From: Octopus sinensis
Taxonomy: Eukaryota
Assembly (NCBI RefSeq): GCF_006345805.1
Contig: NC_043015.1
Span: forward strand, 21,080,001 to 21,144,000
DNA length: 64,000 bases
Reading direction: 5' to 3'
How positions within the stretch are numbered: position 1 is the first letter of the stretch; every line of letters begins with the position of its first letter. The position numbers and the translations under genes are program-made. The notes beneath the pieces were generated by a model. The model did no database searches and was not told the origin of the DNA. It worked only from the letters and a program-made list of their open reading frames with translations. Positions 38,320 through 52,053 of this stretch are shown here, piece after piece.

Positions 38320-38473
38320 GACGATCTTCATTCAGTTTCCGTCTACCAAATCCACTCAAGGCTTTGGTCGGCTCGAGGTTATAGTAGAAGACACCTGCCC
38401 AAGGTGCCACGCAGTAGGACTGAACACACTAGTTGGTAAGCAAGGTACTTACCACACAGCCACTCCTGCGCCT
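37935..38473 (-). mobile_element. SINE family A with an extra insert in its internal (TA)n
   Basis: Near-consensus halves; ACGACGATCTT is duplicated at 38191 and 38318 around a unique ~55-bp insert. Confidence 0.9.
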
Positions 38474-39049
38474 ATGGATAAGTTTGGTAGAAAAACTATT
38501 AAGGGGGTCATAGGGTGTATATTTAATGGGAAAGTATATATTAATATACTTTAGATAATAGTTAACTGAACTATGAATTAAGTCCTTCGCTCAAGGATTT
38601 GAAACCTGGCAAAATTTGTACTTAGAAGGCAAAAAAAACAGAACAAATACTTCACTAGAGTGGTACTTATTGGTTTCAGGATGAGGAAAAAGAAAATTGA
38701 TCTTAACAGTACTTGAACCCGGAATGAAAGGAGCTGAATAAATACCACAATGCATTGCGTTCCGATAATACTTCGCGAAAAGCATTCGATTGAAGGAAGG
38801 GAAGTGGAAGAGCATTCATAACACACACACACACGCACGCATGTGCACATTATGTATGAGTGTGTTAATAAGCATCCATTAACCTAAAGATTATGACTAC
38901 ATCTATGCTGGGAAAATCTTGTATTGGTATTGTTTGAAGAGTATCTGCTATAACAATATAGAGACACATGCAAGTGGGAGCAGCGGCAGCAGGGAGTGCA
39001 TATTGAGTTACTGTCCGCTTGTCATGTCCTGGGTTTCTTAATCTCTTAG

Positions 39050-40180
39050 TCTTGCTTTCATTTCATCACTAAGCCCCCAACGCTACTTTTCTCTAGTTCC
39101 CGTCTCAACCAAGAGCTATCATCACCAAAATCCTTCGACCTTTCATATGAAGAGACTTCGCGCCACTTTAGTAAACGGAGATAAGGACCGTCCTTCCGTT
39201 TTTTATTTTTTAGTGGATCCAGTTCCGCACATAGCAGGTCTTTGGGAGAATTACCTATCTGACATGTTGTGTGTGTGATTCTACTAGCGGGGACCTCATT
39301 GTTGCAGTACGGCGGGGAGAAACGGTATTTGGGCACAAGTCAGCCCCGTAAAGGTTGTAACTCGGCCAGTCCAGTTCATATTCCTACTGTATACCTTACC
39401 AGGCTGCGTAGGTCGAAGAGTCGAGACATAGTGCATATTTGGAGTAGATAGATACTCCAGAGTTCACTGTCATAAAGCATTGTGCCAGAAAAATAACCTC
39501 CATAGATCACAACCTTTGCGTGCATCATTTATTGTTTTCTCAGTCACTCATTGCCAATCTATCTTGATTCGTGGCTTCTGTTGCAATACAATGTTTGATA
39601 TCAGATTCTTGATAGCCGGTGTCTGAGATGACAGGGTTGAAGTAAGGAAACTCGTTGACTACCTCCTGTTTATATTTGTTGGGGATAATTGCAGAGGAGT
39701 GTTCTATAACTTAGCAAAGCATCTTTGTCTTATTCAGACTGATTATGAACCCCAGGTTTTGAAGGACTTTTTTGAGACTGCGCATGAGGCGTTGCAGTTG
39801 CTCCCCCTCCAGTGTGTGTGTCGCCAATGTCATAATCTGTAAATGTTAGGTCTCTGATGAGTACTTTGATTTCATCTTCAGTCTAATCTCCTGTGTAGAT
39901 AAACGCCACTGGTCGATGTTATGCGCGCTTTAGCATGACACCGAAAATGCCTTATAGGCTGTGGGCAAGGACACAACTCTCTTTCGCTCCACTACAAATG
40001 GTGAAGGATTCTGAGAAATGACCATCAACATGAATGACACCTTTCATGTCTGTGTGTAACGAGTGAACACTCGTGAATAACTATTAAGGCTACCCTGTTC
40101 AAAATCCCTGAAAAGTAGTTTGAACAGGTTTTAGGAAGGTCAATGAAAGCGACACAAAGTGATTGTGCTTGCACCTTCTA
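39050..40180 (-). mobile_element. RTE (BovB-like) LINE reverse-transcriptase fossil
   Basis: Colinear motifs VAFIDLPK (40136-40150), DMKGVIHVDGHFSESFTICSGAKESCVLA, LIRDLTFTDY (YADD-equivalent, 39832-39843), ISLNKTK, MLYDSELWSIY and PKDLLCAEL (39233-39246); many stops and frameshifts. Confidence 0.88.
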
Positions 40181-41569
40181 TATTTTGTAATACACCGTTA
40201 GAAAAAAACTATGCGAAATATCTTACATAATATTTGTTAATAATGATTATATATATCAACCTGATTGCAACATTTATACTTCCTGTGTGAACCATGTCAA
40301 TAGAAATTTGCTGAAAATCTAGTTGTATATATTGATGTTGGGGCAAGTGGAACGAAGTGTGTTCTGAGCGTGGCTTGGTTATAAACGTAAACATCGTTTA
40401 ATGAAATGGCTTGTACTGGCTCGTTGGTTTTAATTTCAATAATAATTTATAGGTTGTATTTATTTATGTCCTGTATCATAACGGTTCGATAAACTAAAGA
40501 ACTAAAAACATATAAAGGTTGAGCCCCAGCATGGCCACAGTTCAATAACAAACCAATAAATGAATAGACATTTTATAAAATACTTATACTTGTGCGTGTG
40601 TGAGTTTTATAAAGTCTATGTTTATTAAAAAGAAATAGAATTCCATTTGTTATATGTATGAGGATGTGAACTCCTGCTTCGTGTGTAAGAATATTTTCTT
40701 TGTGATATTTTACGAAAATATGACTTATGAATATCAAAAGAAATTCTGAAGTTTTAAACAAAACTATGAAGGGAAAGCAAATTCATACGAAGTAACTTTG
40801 AAATAATACATATAAAATTGCTCGAATGTTAGACATTTATTCTTCCCACAACGACTAAAATGAATTATATTAAACATCATATGATGCTTAAAGAAAAATA
40901 ATGTTCGAACACACAAGTATACTAAGATACTAGTGTGTGTGCTGTATAGAAATTTATATTCACGCACCCAGTAAAAATACTTTAAATTTGATTCAGAAGA
41001 AGGGATCTAGGAATTCCTGTAATTTATTGTATACATTTATAGAAGAGAGAATATGTATGATACTCTTCGGTCGAGTTAGGACACCGATGTGAATTAGGTT
41101 TTCATGTAAGATATTGTAAATATTTATGCGAAATAGGTCACTTATGAAACACTACTATTCACGGTCTGCTTAAGATACTTGTATGAATAAAATGTAAAGT
41201 ATCTCCTTTCAGAGATTTAGATAGCAATTAGGAGCAAGCAGTATCAAAAAGAAAAATAGTAGGATATAAGCCAACAAATATATGTTAATTATAGTTCCTT
41301 AATTTTATCAGAAGGAAATTGAGAAAAAAATAATTAGATTTTACCCAAAGAGCAAGCGTAATTTGAACACTGATCTTCATAACATAATTTAGTAGCATTA
41401 AAATTGAATGAAAGAAAAAATAAATAAAAGAATATTTAAGGAAACAAAAATACTTAAGCAACAGAATGTTTAAAGAAATAAGGAATGGTATAAAATTCAT
41501 ATTTAAAACTCAAAATGAAATTGAGAACACCATATACTCACCTTTCAAAACGGTAAAGCTATAACTGTA

Positions 41570-41792
41570 AAGGCGGCGAGCTGGCAGAATCGTTAGCACG
41601 TCGGGCGAAATGCTTAGCGGTATTTCGGCTGCCGTAACGTTGTAAGTTCAAGTTCCGCCGAGGTCGACTTTGCCTTTCATCCTTTTGGGGTCGATAAATT
41701 AAGTATCAGTTACGCACTGGGGTCGATGTAATCGACTTAATACCTATGTTTGTCCCCTCTATGTTTAGCCCCTTGTGTGTAATAAAGAAATA
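41570..41792 (+). mobile_element. SINE family B, full length, 18-bp TSD
   Basis: TSD GGTAAAGCTATAACTGTA at 41552-41569 and 41793-41810. Confidence 0.95.
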
Positions 41793-42276
41793 GGTAAAGC
41801 TATAACTGTACACTTTTCTTCTTACATATTACCATGGGAGTCGAGATTTTTTAAATGAAAGAGTGAAACAGTCTTTGCTTTGAAAAAAGACGATCCAGTA
41901 CCAAATGTTCTCTTTCATAATCTGCAGTTTAAAACTGTTTCAATATCACCGTTCCAATAATTTCCAACCAGCCAATAGAATTCTTTGTTTCAAATGCTAT
42001 TTAGTAAATTTACCTAGCATTTAGATACACAAATACTGAGTTCTGGTACATTACCTTATAGGTCCGATGAAGTTATAAGGTAACGTACAACTATTCAGAC
42101 CTGAGGGAACTGTACCTTAGAATAGAAACAGTTATAAGCTGATGAAGTCCGTCGCATACTACATATAACAACACCTCTGCCGAGCATATTTCCATTGTTT
42201 TCAAATTTCAACATTACTGTTATATATGGTTCATATATATTCACATATATGCTGTTGCATATATATATATAGATAT

Positions 42277-42323
<47 letters not shown>

Positions 42324-42328
42324 TGTTG

Positions 42329-42366
<38 letters not shown>

Positions 42367-42369
42367 AAG

Positions 42370-42500
42370 AATTTTTTGCGTAATGAGATAAAAAACCAAG
42401 GCTGTGTAGATATTAGAACATTTATAGATATATGGTCTTACAGCTATTTCCAGGATATTTATTAATTATATCCCTTCATCGGAGACGGTGTGAGAGGATG
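42370..42500 (-). mobile_element. Penelope-type terminus with a hammerhead-like motif, abutting (TA)n
   Basis: Minus strand reads GTCT-CCGATGA-A-GGGATA-(loop)-TATCCT-GGAAA-TAGCTG-TA-AGAC; stem I GTCT/AGAC and palindromic AGCT in stem III. Confidence 0.6.
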
Positions 42501-43700
42501 GTTAAGTCAAAGTCAGTTTAGTTGTGATACAAAATAGAGAGTGAAGTGGAGGAAAGAAAATAGATGCTAGATATGTATGGATAGTGAAGTTGTAAGTCCA
42601 TTTTTTAGGCAGAATGGTATATATGTAATATTCTAATACCCTATGAGTAAAGTCCAAAGACCCAATATATATATGTCTTGACACAAAGGCGTAAAGCAAC
42701 ATGCAACGCTGGTGTTTGTACTGAGTATATCTGCTCGACTTCTTGATTACAGAGGCCAAATCTCTTTGTAGTCTTCATAGATAAATTTCTCATTGGACAG
42801 TTTCACACACACATACACACACACACAGTAAGAGAGAAAGAGAGTGAGAGGGACACACACAGACACAAATAAAAGGGAAGATACAAAAACAATTTTATTG
42901 ACGGTGCTGGACGAGGGGTGACGTGAGAATAATACAGAAAGAACTGCCCGGAAATCTTTCTATACTCATACATAAAACGTACGTTCCCAGTACGGTACTG
43001 TTTTCATATTCTGGGACAATAGGATCGGTTACTTGGTTTCCATAGCGTATAAATGGCAAAGACCACAACGCTACCCGCGAAAAGGACGACAGTTCCTTGC
43101 ATGTCTGCTCATCTTTAGCTGAGTGGACCGGAGCAACGTCAAATGGAGTGCTTTGCTCAAGAACGCAAAGCACTGCTCTGTCCAGTGATCGAAACCGTAA
43201 TCTTAATGCAAATAATACATGAATATATGATTACAGTACACTCCCTCAAAAAAAAAAAACAAAAAAAACTTGCATGTTGTCTGAATAGGATGTAATTTGG
43301 TCCCCTACGTCCTGACAAATGGTAAGCCTCACACTGACTCTTGATCTCGTCAGGCTAAGACATACGACCAATGCGACATCATCACAATCACTGACCTTTT
43401 ATTACACAGCCAGATAATATTCCATTGCCCTGTACTGTAATTATTTAACCTCAATTGTGAGTCTCAGAAGAAAATATACACACGAGTATCATTCACACAC
43501 TTGGGACGGTATTCTTGTTAAAAATACAAACATACAGACACTTCATTCAAATAAAAACCGCTCCTCTGATTTATAAGTATTTGCTCACCATGACACACTG
43601 GCTTCAGTTACACACATGTACTGGGTCAGATCTCTCAACCATTTCTACTGCAGATACATAGCCTTCCAAGAACGGAGCTCAGAGAAGACCCTGTCTCAAG

Positions 43701-43778
43701 TCAGGTGAAATCCATTTCACCTCTTATCATCGCACATATTCAGGTGAAATCCATTTCACCTCTTATCATCGCACATAT
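43701..43778. repeat. Perfect 39-bp tandem duplication containing an 8-bp hairpin
   Basis: TCAGGTGAAATCCATTTCACCTCTTATCATCGCACATAT twice. Confidence 0.95.
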
Positions 43779-44099
43779 TATTTCCGCTTCCCAAGTAGAC
43801 ATCACTAATCACTATACCTAACCCCTCATCCCAAGATGCTCAGCAAAGGATTCTCCTGCAGCTGTTTACTTGAAACTTTTCCAGAATAACAGAAATTCCG
43901 TTACATGGTCGGCCTAAGGAACTGTGTGGACTATAGGCACATCCTCAAATCCCAGGTTCACAAAAGGGAAAAAAAAACAACCCTAAATATATAGAAAATG
44001 CACGTATGTGTGTACGTTTGTGTGCGCGTGAGTTTGTATGTGTACACACTAACACACACACATAGTGAGAGAAAACGGGAGAAGAAAGTATATATATAT

Positions 44100-44130
44100 A
44101 CACATACATATAAATACCTCCGCATATATA

Positions 44131-44184
<54 letters not shown>

Positions 44185-44195
44185 ATATATGTATA

Positions 44196-44249
<54 letters not shown>

Positions 44250-44345
44250 ATACACATACATATAATATACCTCCGCATATATATATATATATGTATATAT
44301 GTATATATATATATATACACATACATATAATATACCTCCGCATAT
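44100..44345. repeat. Three-copy minisatellite ACACATACATATAA(TA)TACCTCCGCATAT in (TA)n
   Basis: Copies at ~44100, 44252 and 44317. Confidence 0.85.
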
Positions 44346-44355
44346 ATATATATAT

Positions 44356-44389
<34 letters not shown>

Positions 44390-44699
44390 TATACACTACA
44401 CACATGTGTGTGTTGCATGTATTTATATATAAATATATATATATTCATGTATCTGTGTGTGTATGTGTCTGTGTTTTTATGTATGTATCTGTGCCTGCGT
44501 TTGTGTGTGTACCTCTGCATCGTACGTGGTCTGAGACTCTAAAGCAATTTTATTATATCCTTGCTGGAATACACAATGCTATTTTTGCTGTAATTTCTAT
44601 ATGAAAGAATCTATTGATATTTTTCTTAAACATTTCTATAAAAATATAAAAAAATCCAATCTTTTCATTCATCTCTCTTAATCCCAGCTGTCATTTTCA

Positions 44700-44940
44700 A
44701 GAACCTGTTATTAAATTGCTTAAGCGTGGTTCCTTCTTTTGATGATATCAATGAAAAAAGTGTAACATACAAAGCGATGGTGTTACGATGGGGTTTCCAT
44801 TTGACCTAGAGTTCACTGATTTCATCATAGCCGAGCAAGAAAGAAATTTGTACACGTCTAAAATACACATAAAGCATCATTCATAATAATAAAAACAAAA
44901 TATTTCGGCACATAAATGACAGTTTTCTATTTGCGAAATA
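44700..44940 (+). mobile_element. Penelope-like reverse transcriptase remnant
   Basis: DGVTMGFPF...FTDFIIAEQE (44776; cf. DGVAMGSPLGP.FA.F.M) followed by KIFRHINDSF (44897; cf. KIY.RYVDD.F). Confidence 0.55.
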
Positions 44941-45120
44941 TATAACGGATGGATGCTCAAAAAGTAGAAAAATCCTTGAAAATGCTTTGGTAGTCGGTTA
45001 TGGCTGTTTATGATGTTGATGTTGTTGCTATTGTTGCTGACGGGGTTGTTGCTCTTTAGTCATTACCAATCGAACAAATCAATATTCATAGTATTCTAGT
45101 CATGACCATCGTTCTTCAAA

Positions 45121-45198
45121 TATATATATATATGTGTGTGTGCATATATTTGTATATATGTATATTATATGTATATATATTATATATATATATATAAG

Positions 45199-45229
<31 letters not shown>

Positions 45230-45230
45230 C

Positions 45231-45282
<52 letters not shown>

Positions 45283-45295
45283 TATATGTATATTA

Positions 45296-45339
<44 letters not shown>

Positions 45340-45341
45340 AT

Positions 45342-45372
<31 letters not shown>

Positions 45373-45381
45373 TATATATAA

Positions 45382-45412
<31 letters not shown>

Positions 45413-45746
45413 ATATATATATGTATATATATATGTATATATATATATTATATGTATATGTATATATATGTTATATATATATATATGTATATATATATCT
45501 ATGTATATATATATATATACATATATATGTATATATATATATATCTACATATATACGTATATATATGTATATATATATGTATATCTATATGTATATATAT
45601 ATTATATATATATATATATATGCATATATGTATATCTATATAATATATATATATATGTATATGTATATCTGTATATATATATATGTATATGTGTAGCTGT
45701 ATATATATATGTATATGTATATATGTATATAGATATATGTATACAC

Positions 45747-45822
<76 letters not shown>
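45121..45822. repeat. ~700-bp interrupted (TA)n microsatellite
   Basis: Direct. Confidence 0.97.
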
Positions 45823-45825
<3 letters not shown>

Positions 45826-46129
45826 TATACACTCTATCAGCTGTGTAGTTTAAGAACTGTTGATTACTCTGTCTAGCACTGCAAGCCATCATGTATATGT
45901 TATTTTCCTTTGGTTTGCTGGTAGCTAGCCATTTTATTCTCCGTACAATTCTTTAACAGATATTAGATGAATATAAATTCGACAATTCATTCAAATCTTC
46001 CTGGCGATGAAATTCTTCTTTTTAGCAGTTATTTGAATGTTAAAGGTTCTGTAAATCCTTTTTCTGTGGATATAATTTATAGTACCTTTGGAATTTAGTC
46101 CACACAATGCCATTAATGACATAGACCAT

Positions 46130-48490
46130 AGTACGTGATTGGTACTTTAGCGTGTCGTTTCCGAAAAGGTGAAATGCAGACTAGCCATCGGTGAGATTTG
46201 ACTTGAAAAAATCAAAGGTCGGAAGAAATATCGCAAAGCATTTATCCTGGCACCTTTACGATTCATCCAGTTCTCTTTATTTTTTAAATATAATTAATAA
46301 CCCTTTCTACTCTAGACGCGAAGCCTGATATTTTGGGGGAGGGGCTGTTCGATTTCATCGATCCTAGTAATCATCTTGTACTTATTTTGTCGATCCTGAA
46401 ACGATGGAAGGCAAAGCCAACCTCGGTGGAATTTGCATTCAGAACATAAAAACAAACAAAATGCGGTTAATCATTTTGTTCGGCGTGCTAACGGTTCGGC
46501 CGTTTTGCTTTAATATAATTAATAATGGTCTCCTAGGCACAAGGCCAATAATATTGATAGTAAAAGATTATCGATATCATCAATCCCAGCACTTGACTGC
46601 CACGTTATACTATCCATCATGGAATTATGAAAGGCAAATCAGACGCCAGCAGGATTTGAACTCAAAATGTTATGGTTAAGAAGAAATACAGCAAGTCAAT
46701 TCGTCCGATGCTAAAAATATTCTACCCACTCGCATCAAGTTTGTATATTGGGGACGTGTTTAGTCGATGGCCACGACCACAGTCGTTGCCTGGTAATCAA
46801 TTTTAGAGATTTCAGAACAGAAAATGAAGGGCATATTGACTGTAGGATCTGGACGCCGTGATTTCAAATCCGACCGAAGTTAACGTTATCAGAATATCGT
46901 TATCACGCTGGGCAAAATGCTTAGCAACACTTCGTCCTATTTTCAAGTTCTGAGTTCAAATTCCATTGAGGTCAGCTTTGCCTTTCATCCTTTCGGGATC
47001 GATAAAATCTGTACTAATTGACAGCTGGTATCGATCTAATCGACTTACCCACTCCCCGAAATTGCTGGCCTTCTACCAAAATTTGAAACCATTATTTATT
47101 TAAAGTACCAGACTTAAAAGAGCAAGTACCAGGGTATATTTTCTTTCAATAAATCCATAAAGGTGGTACTCCAGCATGGCCACGCCCCAGTGATTGAAAG
47201 AGGAAAAAGGATAACAGAAAATAATACAGGTTTCACTAATATTGGTTTCAAATTTTGGCTCAAAGCCAACGATTTCGAGGGGGGGGGGGGGTGTGAGTCG
47301 GTTACATCGACCCCATTTCAACTGGTACGTAATTTCATTTACACAGAAAAGATGAAGGGTACAGGAATTTGAACCCAGAATGACAAGAAGGATGGAATTC
47401 CGCTATGCATTTGCCAACGTGTTCACGATTCTGATTCTGCAAGTTCCACGACTTAGAATGTCACTGAGATTAGCTAGAATGATGGCAACGAGCTGGCAGG
47501 GTCGTTAGCACGCCGGGTGGAATACTAAGCAGCATTTCGTTTGTCCTCAGTTACTGAGTTCACACTCCGCCGAGGTCCATTGCACCGTTCATCCTTTCGG
47601 GGTCGATAAAATAAATACTAGTTGAGTACTGGGGGGGGGGGGGGGCTATGTAATGGACTTACCTCCTTCTCTCGAAACTGCTAGCCTTATGCCAAAATTG
47701 GAAATCAATATTAGCTGGAATGAGTGTTTTTAATCATTGATCCTATCACTCAAGCCCTATCTGGGTTTTCGTACAAAACTAATAAAGTGATGGAATACCT
47801 TTTCAGAATTGATCAGGGTGTAAAGGATAAAGGCAATAACAAATCACAATTGTGGAATTGTTGATCGATGCGTTACACATCCAGGTAAAAATACCTGTCA
47901 TTCAGTTAAGAGAAGACAACTGAAACCAGAGTTAGACTCCATTGCCTTGAAACGGACGGTAAGAATATGAATGAAATAGTGCTACACATGATTACGCCTG
48001 ACTAGAAAGTTTCAAGACTGCATAATAAGGAAGCAGCGAGAAAAAAAAGCTACCACCACCACCACCACCAACAACAACAACACCACCACCACCACCACCA
48101 CCATCACTAATACTACTACTTATTATTATTATTATTATTATTATTACAAAGGCAGCGAGCTGGCAGAATCGTTAGCATGCCGGGCAAAATGCTTAGCGGC
48201 ATTTCGTCCGTCTTTATGTTCCGAGTTCAAATTCCGTCAAGGTCGACTTTCCCATTCATCCTTCTGGGGTTGATAAATTAAGTATCAGTGAAACACTCGG
48301 TCGACTAGTCCCCCACCCACCCACCTACTCACCCGCAGAAAATTTCAGGCCTTGTACTTATAATTATAATAAACCTTTCTGTATAGGCAGAAGTCAAGCA
48401 ATTTTGGGATGTGGACGCATTTTCTTCAACCTCAGTATACAGCTGGTACTTATTTCATCGCCCCTGAAGACAAAAGTCTTCCCCGGCAAA
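46130..48490. mobile_element. Cluster of about 8 old SINE family B copies in both orientations
   Basis: Plus copies at ~46890-47095, 47485-47710 and 48150-48360; minus copies at ~46140, 46290, 46530, 47300 and 48365. Confidence 0.75.
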
Positions 48491-48810
48491 TTTTGATATA
48501 ACAACAGTTCTATCATTTCGAGCGTTAATGTACAAATTCCTTTTTTGGTTCTTCCTCTAAATCTGTAGAAATTCTTTGGAATTTTCGTTGGAATATCTTC
48601 GCTTCATCCTAATATTTTATTAGAATATTTCGAAGAATTTCAGTATGACGTCCTATTGTTAGTTGTATTTGCTTTTAATCAATTATAATCAGTTTTAATT
48701 AAGTAGAATTTATTACTAGCTTAACAAAATCGTCTGGCTCTAGCAAATATGTTATTAATTAAAAGCTGATAATTCAAATCTTCGAAGCAGATATTTATAA
48801 TGAGAATTAT

Positions 48811-49072
48811 TGGCACTCCGTCAGTTACGACGAAGAGTAAACCAGTTGGTAGGATCAACGGAATAGCCTGCTGCTCGGGAAATTAACGTGCAAGTGGCTG
48901 AGTACGCCACAAACACGCTTACCCTTACCCAGTGTCATACAGAATGTGACAAAGTTGGCCCTTTGGATTACTGGTACAACTCATTTTCGCCGGCTGATTG
49001 GACCGGAGCGATATCGAACTCACAACCCTACGATCGTGGGCCGAATATCCTTACGACTTAGTTAGGCACCTG
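48811..49072 (-). mobile_element. SINE family C, head type 2
   Basis: Tail TGGCACTCCGTC...AAATTAACGTGCAAGTGGCTGAG and head ATCGAACTCACAACCCTACGATC, as read on the plus strand. Confidence 0.8.
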
Positions 49073-49132
49073 CGTATATTTGATTACCAGCATTAGGTCA
49101 CAACACGAGAAATTTGGGAAGAGAATGTCATA

Positions 49133-49513
49133 GACGCAGGTATGGCTTTGTGGTCAAAAACTCGCTTTGTAACCTCGTGCTGGTGTCGTCTGCTATAGCT
49201 CCGGGAGGTGTGATGCCTTGTGAGTGGATGTGGTAGACGGAAGCTCTGTGGATGCCCGTCGTATATGTGTCTACACACAGAAGCAAACACACACACACAA
49301 ACGAAATACACACATACATACACGTGTATGTTTGCGTGTGTATGTCAATATCCCCATCACTTACAGCCATTGTTAGTTTGCTTACTTATTGTAACCTAGT
49401 GATTCTACAAAAGAGATTACAGATTGAGAGAGAGACCTAAAAAGCACATTCGATTCATCTGATTAAACACTTCACAGTATAGCTGCTGTCCAATTACTGA
49501 AGCAAGTAAAAGA
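49133..49513 (+). mobile_element. SINE family A, diverged
   Basis: GCCTTGTGAGTGGATGTGGTAGACGGAA body and a decayed tail. Confidence 0.7.
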
Positions 49514-50552
49514 AACGGTTGAGTGAAACTTTTCTAGTAGTTAACTGGTATTTATCAACTCCAGAAAGACAAAAGCACAAATGAAATCCATTCAACCGGA
49601 AGTGATTACAAAGAGTAAGTAAAGGCAAGCCAATCCCTTCCAGTATTCTGTCTGCTGCTCTTTCATCCCTCTTGTAAAAAGTTCAGCAAGACTGAAGCAT
49701 TGATTGCTCACATTAGTAAACAAAATATCAGTGAGGCGTGCTCGACCAGATTCACTCTGCGCAAGCAGTTTTACTCTTCCTAACTTTGACAGAGCTATGA
49801 AGCACATACAAAACTAAAGACTTCGAAAGTTCATGTCATGGCAAGCTAAATTGTTTCCATAACATTAAAGCTATTGGGACACATGAAAGATTCTTTCCTT
49901 ACCAATTTTTTGCATCATTCCATTTTTAATATTTTTTGTATTAACCTGGTCCTCAACGGGTCTAGTATAGAATTAAATGCTGCTATCAATTACAATGAAG
50001 CTTTTGAGTAGATTTGGTAATCTTTTTTAGCCAGTAACTCTCTTCAGGATATGAGCTGTTCATACTAAGAAACTCCCAACTAATGATCGGCTTTTATTTC
50101 TTAATACTTCTAGCATTCCGCGTAGTCTTTTCACAGGGCAAACCCAGAATGTGCCGAATTAATCCCTGTCTATTCGACTTCAAGTAGGTAGTATTGGATC
50201 ATCTATTTACCAATAGAATGTAGTCACAAGCCTGCGATGGAATTGTTTCTACCTGAGCACGTTGTGCTGGATGCCATATTTACTAGTAGAAGGTTTCCAC
50301 GAGGATTCGGCATGCAAGACAAAACGGAAACAGAGCGATGCCGAATAGTATAGTCTGTTGAATTAATTCGGCATTTGTTAAGCCATCTATTTGTTAAGCC
50401 ATATATACATATCTATGTATGTATATATATCTATGTATATATATATATATCTATGTATATATATATATAATATATATATATATAATATATATATATATAA
50501 TATATATATGTATATATATGTATATATATATATATGTATATCTATATGTATG

Positions 50553-50599
<47 letters not shown>

Positions 50600-50601
50600 C
50601 A

Positions 50602-50644
<43 letters not shown>

Positions 50645-50723
50645 ACATGTATATATATATGTATATGTATATATGTATATATATATGTATACACATATGT
50701 GTGTATATATATATATTTACATA

Positions 50724-50862
50724 TAAATGGCCCGCTGACAACAAGTACTGTCAATGTTACCGCTAAATAATCCTTTCTGCTGTAGGCACAAGGCCTAAAA
50801 TTTTGGGAAGGGATTAAGTCAACTACATCGACCCCAGTGCGTAACTGGTACTTATTTAATCG
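50724..50862 (+). repeat. 139-bp direct repeat, copy 1 (copy 2 at 51914-52053)
   Basis: The two copies differ at about 4 positions, including a 1-bp indel. Confidence 0.95.
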
Positions 50863-51913
50863 ATCTTTGCCATCGACCCGATTCCGAATTCCCTCATATT
50901 TTAACCGTCCGCATCATTCAAATCATAATGTCTGATCACCAGATCCGCCCCGATATTTCGTACACCACCTCTCATAAGATCCTATACAGTTTCCCGGTTT
51001 GAAGCTACATGTCCAGCTATACACGACCAGACACATTTACACGAGCTTGTTAACGGTGCGATCCTTGCCCTACATTAAGAACATCACCACCACAAAGTCA
51101 CAGGCTCGCATCACACAAAACGTCCACTGCATCTCTTTCAACCTAATCTGCTGCATAATTTGTAAACATTGCTGTCCACAGTACACCGAAGAAAGATGTT
51201 GTTTTGCTGCTTGCTTTCGGGAACACATTCGAAGCACATTAATTTATATGCCAGTCCAACTCGTCGCTTATATCTCTTCACATTATAGATCAGCACTTTC
51301 AAAGAGAGGAAACGACTTTCTATATTCAAGCTCTGTACCATAGATTTTTCAATGAAGGTTTTTCTATCTTCTCCCCAAACTCATTTGAGAACAGAAATCC
51401 AATTTTTCTACTTCAGCTGCTTACTCACTTCGGCGTTTCGTCCACTTAACTCACGTTAGCTTTTCTCGCTCTTGAAAATTCTGATTCTTTCTCCTTCTGT
51501 CTTTTAGTATTTCCTTTCTACGAAGGTATTTTGCGTTTGCCATCACTTGCAGCCAATCGATTAAACACAGAGAGCTAGAAGTTTTACTGTCTTTGTTTTT
51601 TTCCATTGTTATCTTACGCTAGTAAAAGAACAATGTCCGAAATGTTCGATAACCACTCCCAGGGCAATTTCACTTTTCTGGGGCTCTTTATAAATATACA
51701 CTTTTATTGTTTTACTAGTGCAATCTTGTTAGCACACAGTCATGCCTGCATGTATATATTTTATAAACAAACTTTGAAAGCGTCGAATGTGTCTGGTATT
51801 TTTCAGACGAGGGAGTAAGTTTCAAACGCATATAGCCGTTAAAACCGAAAGAATGGATATTTTAACCCTTAAAAGACGGAAAAGAAAAAGTTGCCAACAA
51901 ACAGCTACAAGAC
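50863..51913 (+). mobile_element. Penelope-like element 3' fragment (GIY-YIG endonuclease, 3' region with degenerate hammerhead motif)
   Basis: PDTFTRAC*RCDPCP, then NLICCIICKHCCPQYTEE...FREHIRS (51140-51235; cf. NLIYCISC..C..QYIGET...RFREHLRS). CAGACGA-GGGAG-TAAG-TTTC-AAAC at 51804-51828. Confidence 0.75.
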
Positions 51914-52053
51914 TAAACGGCCCGCTGACAACAAGTACTGTCAATGTTACCGCTAAATAATCCTCTCTGCTGTAGGCACAAGGCCTAAAATTTGGGGGAA
52001 GGGATTAAGTCAACTACATCGACCCCAGTGCGTAACTGGTACTTATTTAATCG

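Noticed and set aside
42051-42083. 10-bp inverted repeat with a 13-nt loop near two GATGAAGT motifs
   Set aside because: AT-rich 10-bp stems are at chance level, and there is no complete snoRNA or ribozyme architecture.
43330-43930. Possible LINE APE-endonuclease remnant
   Set aside because: Motif resemblances (GILVKN, SGEIH, VDY) are too weak to call without a profile search.
49850-50340. Possible RTE 5' UTR and endonuclease start on the minus strand
   Set aside because: Only one vague motif (TTRNARS versus TWNVRT).
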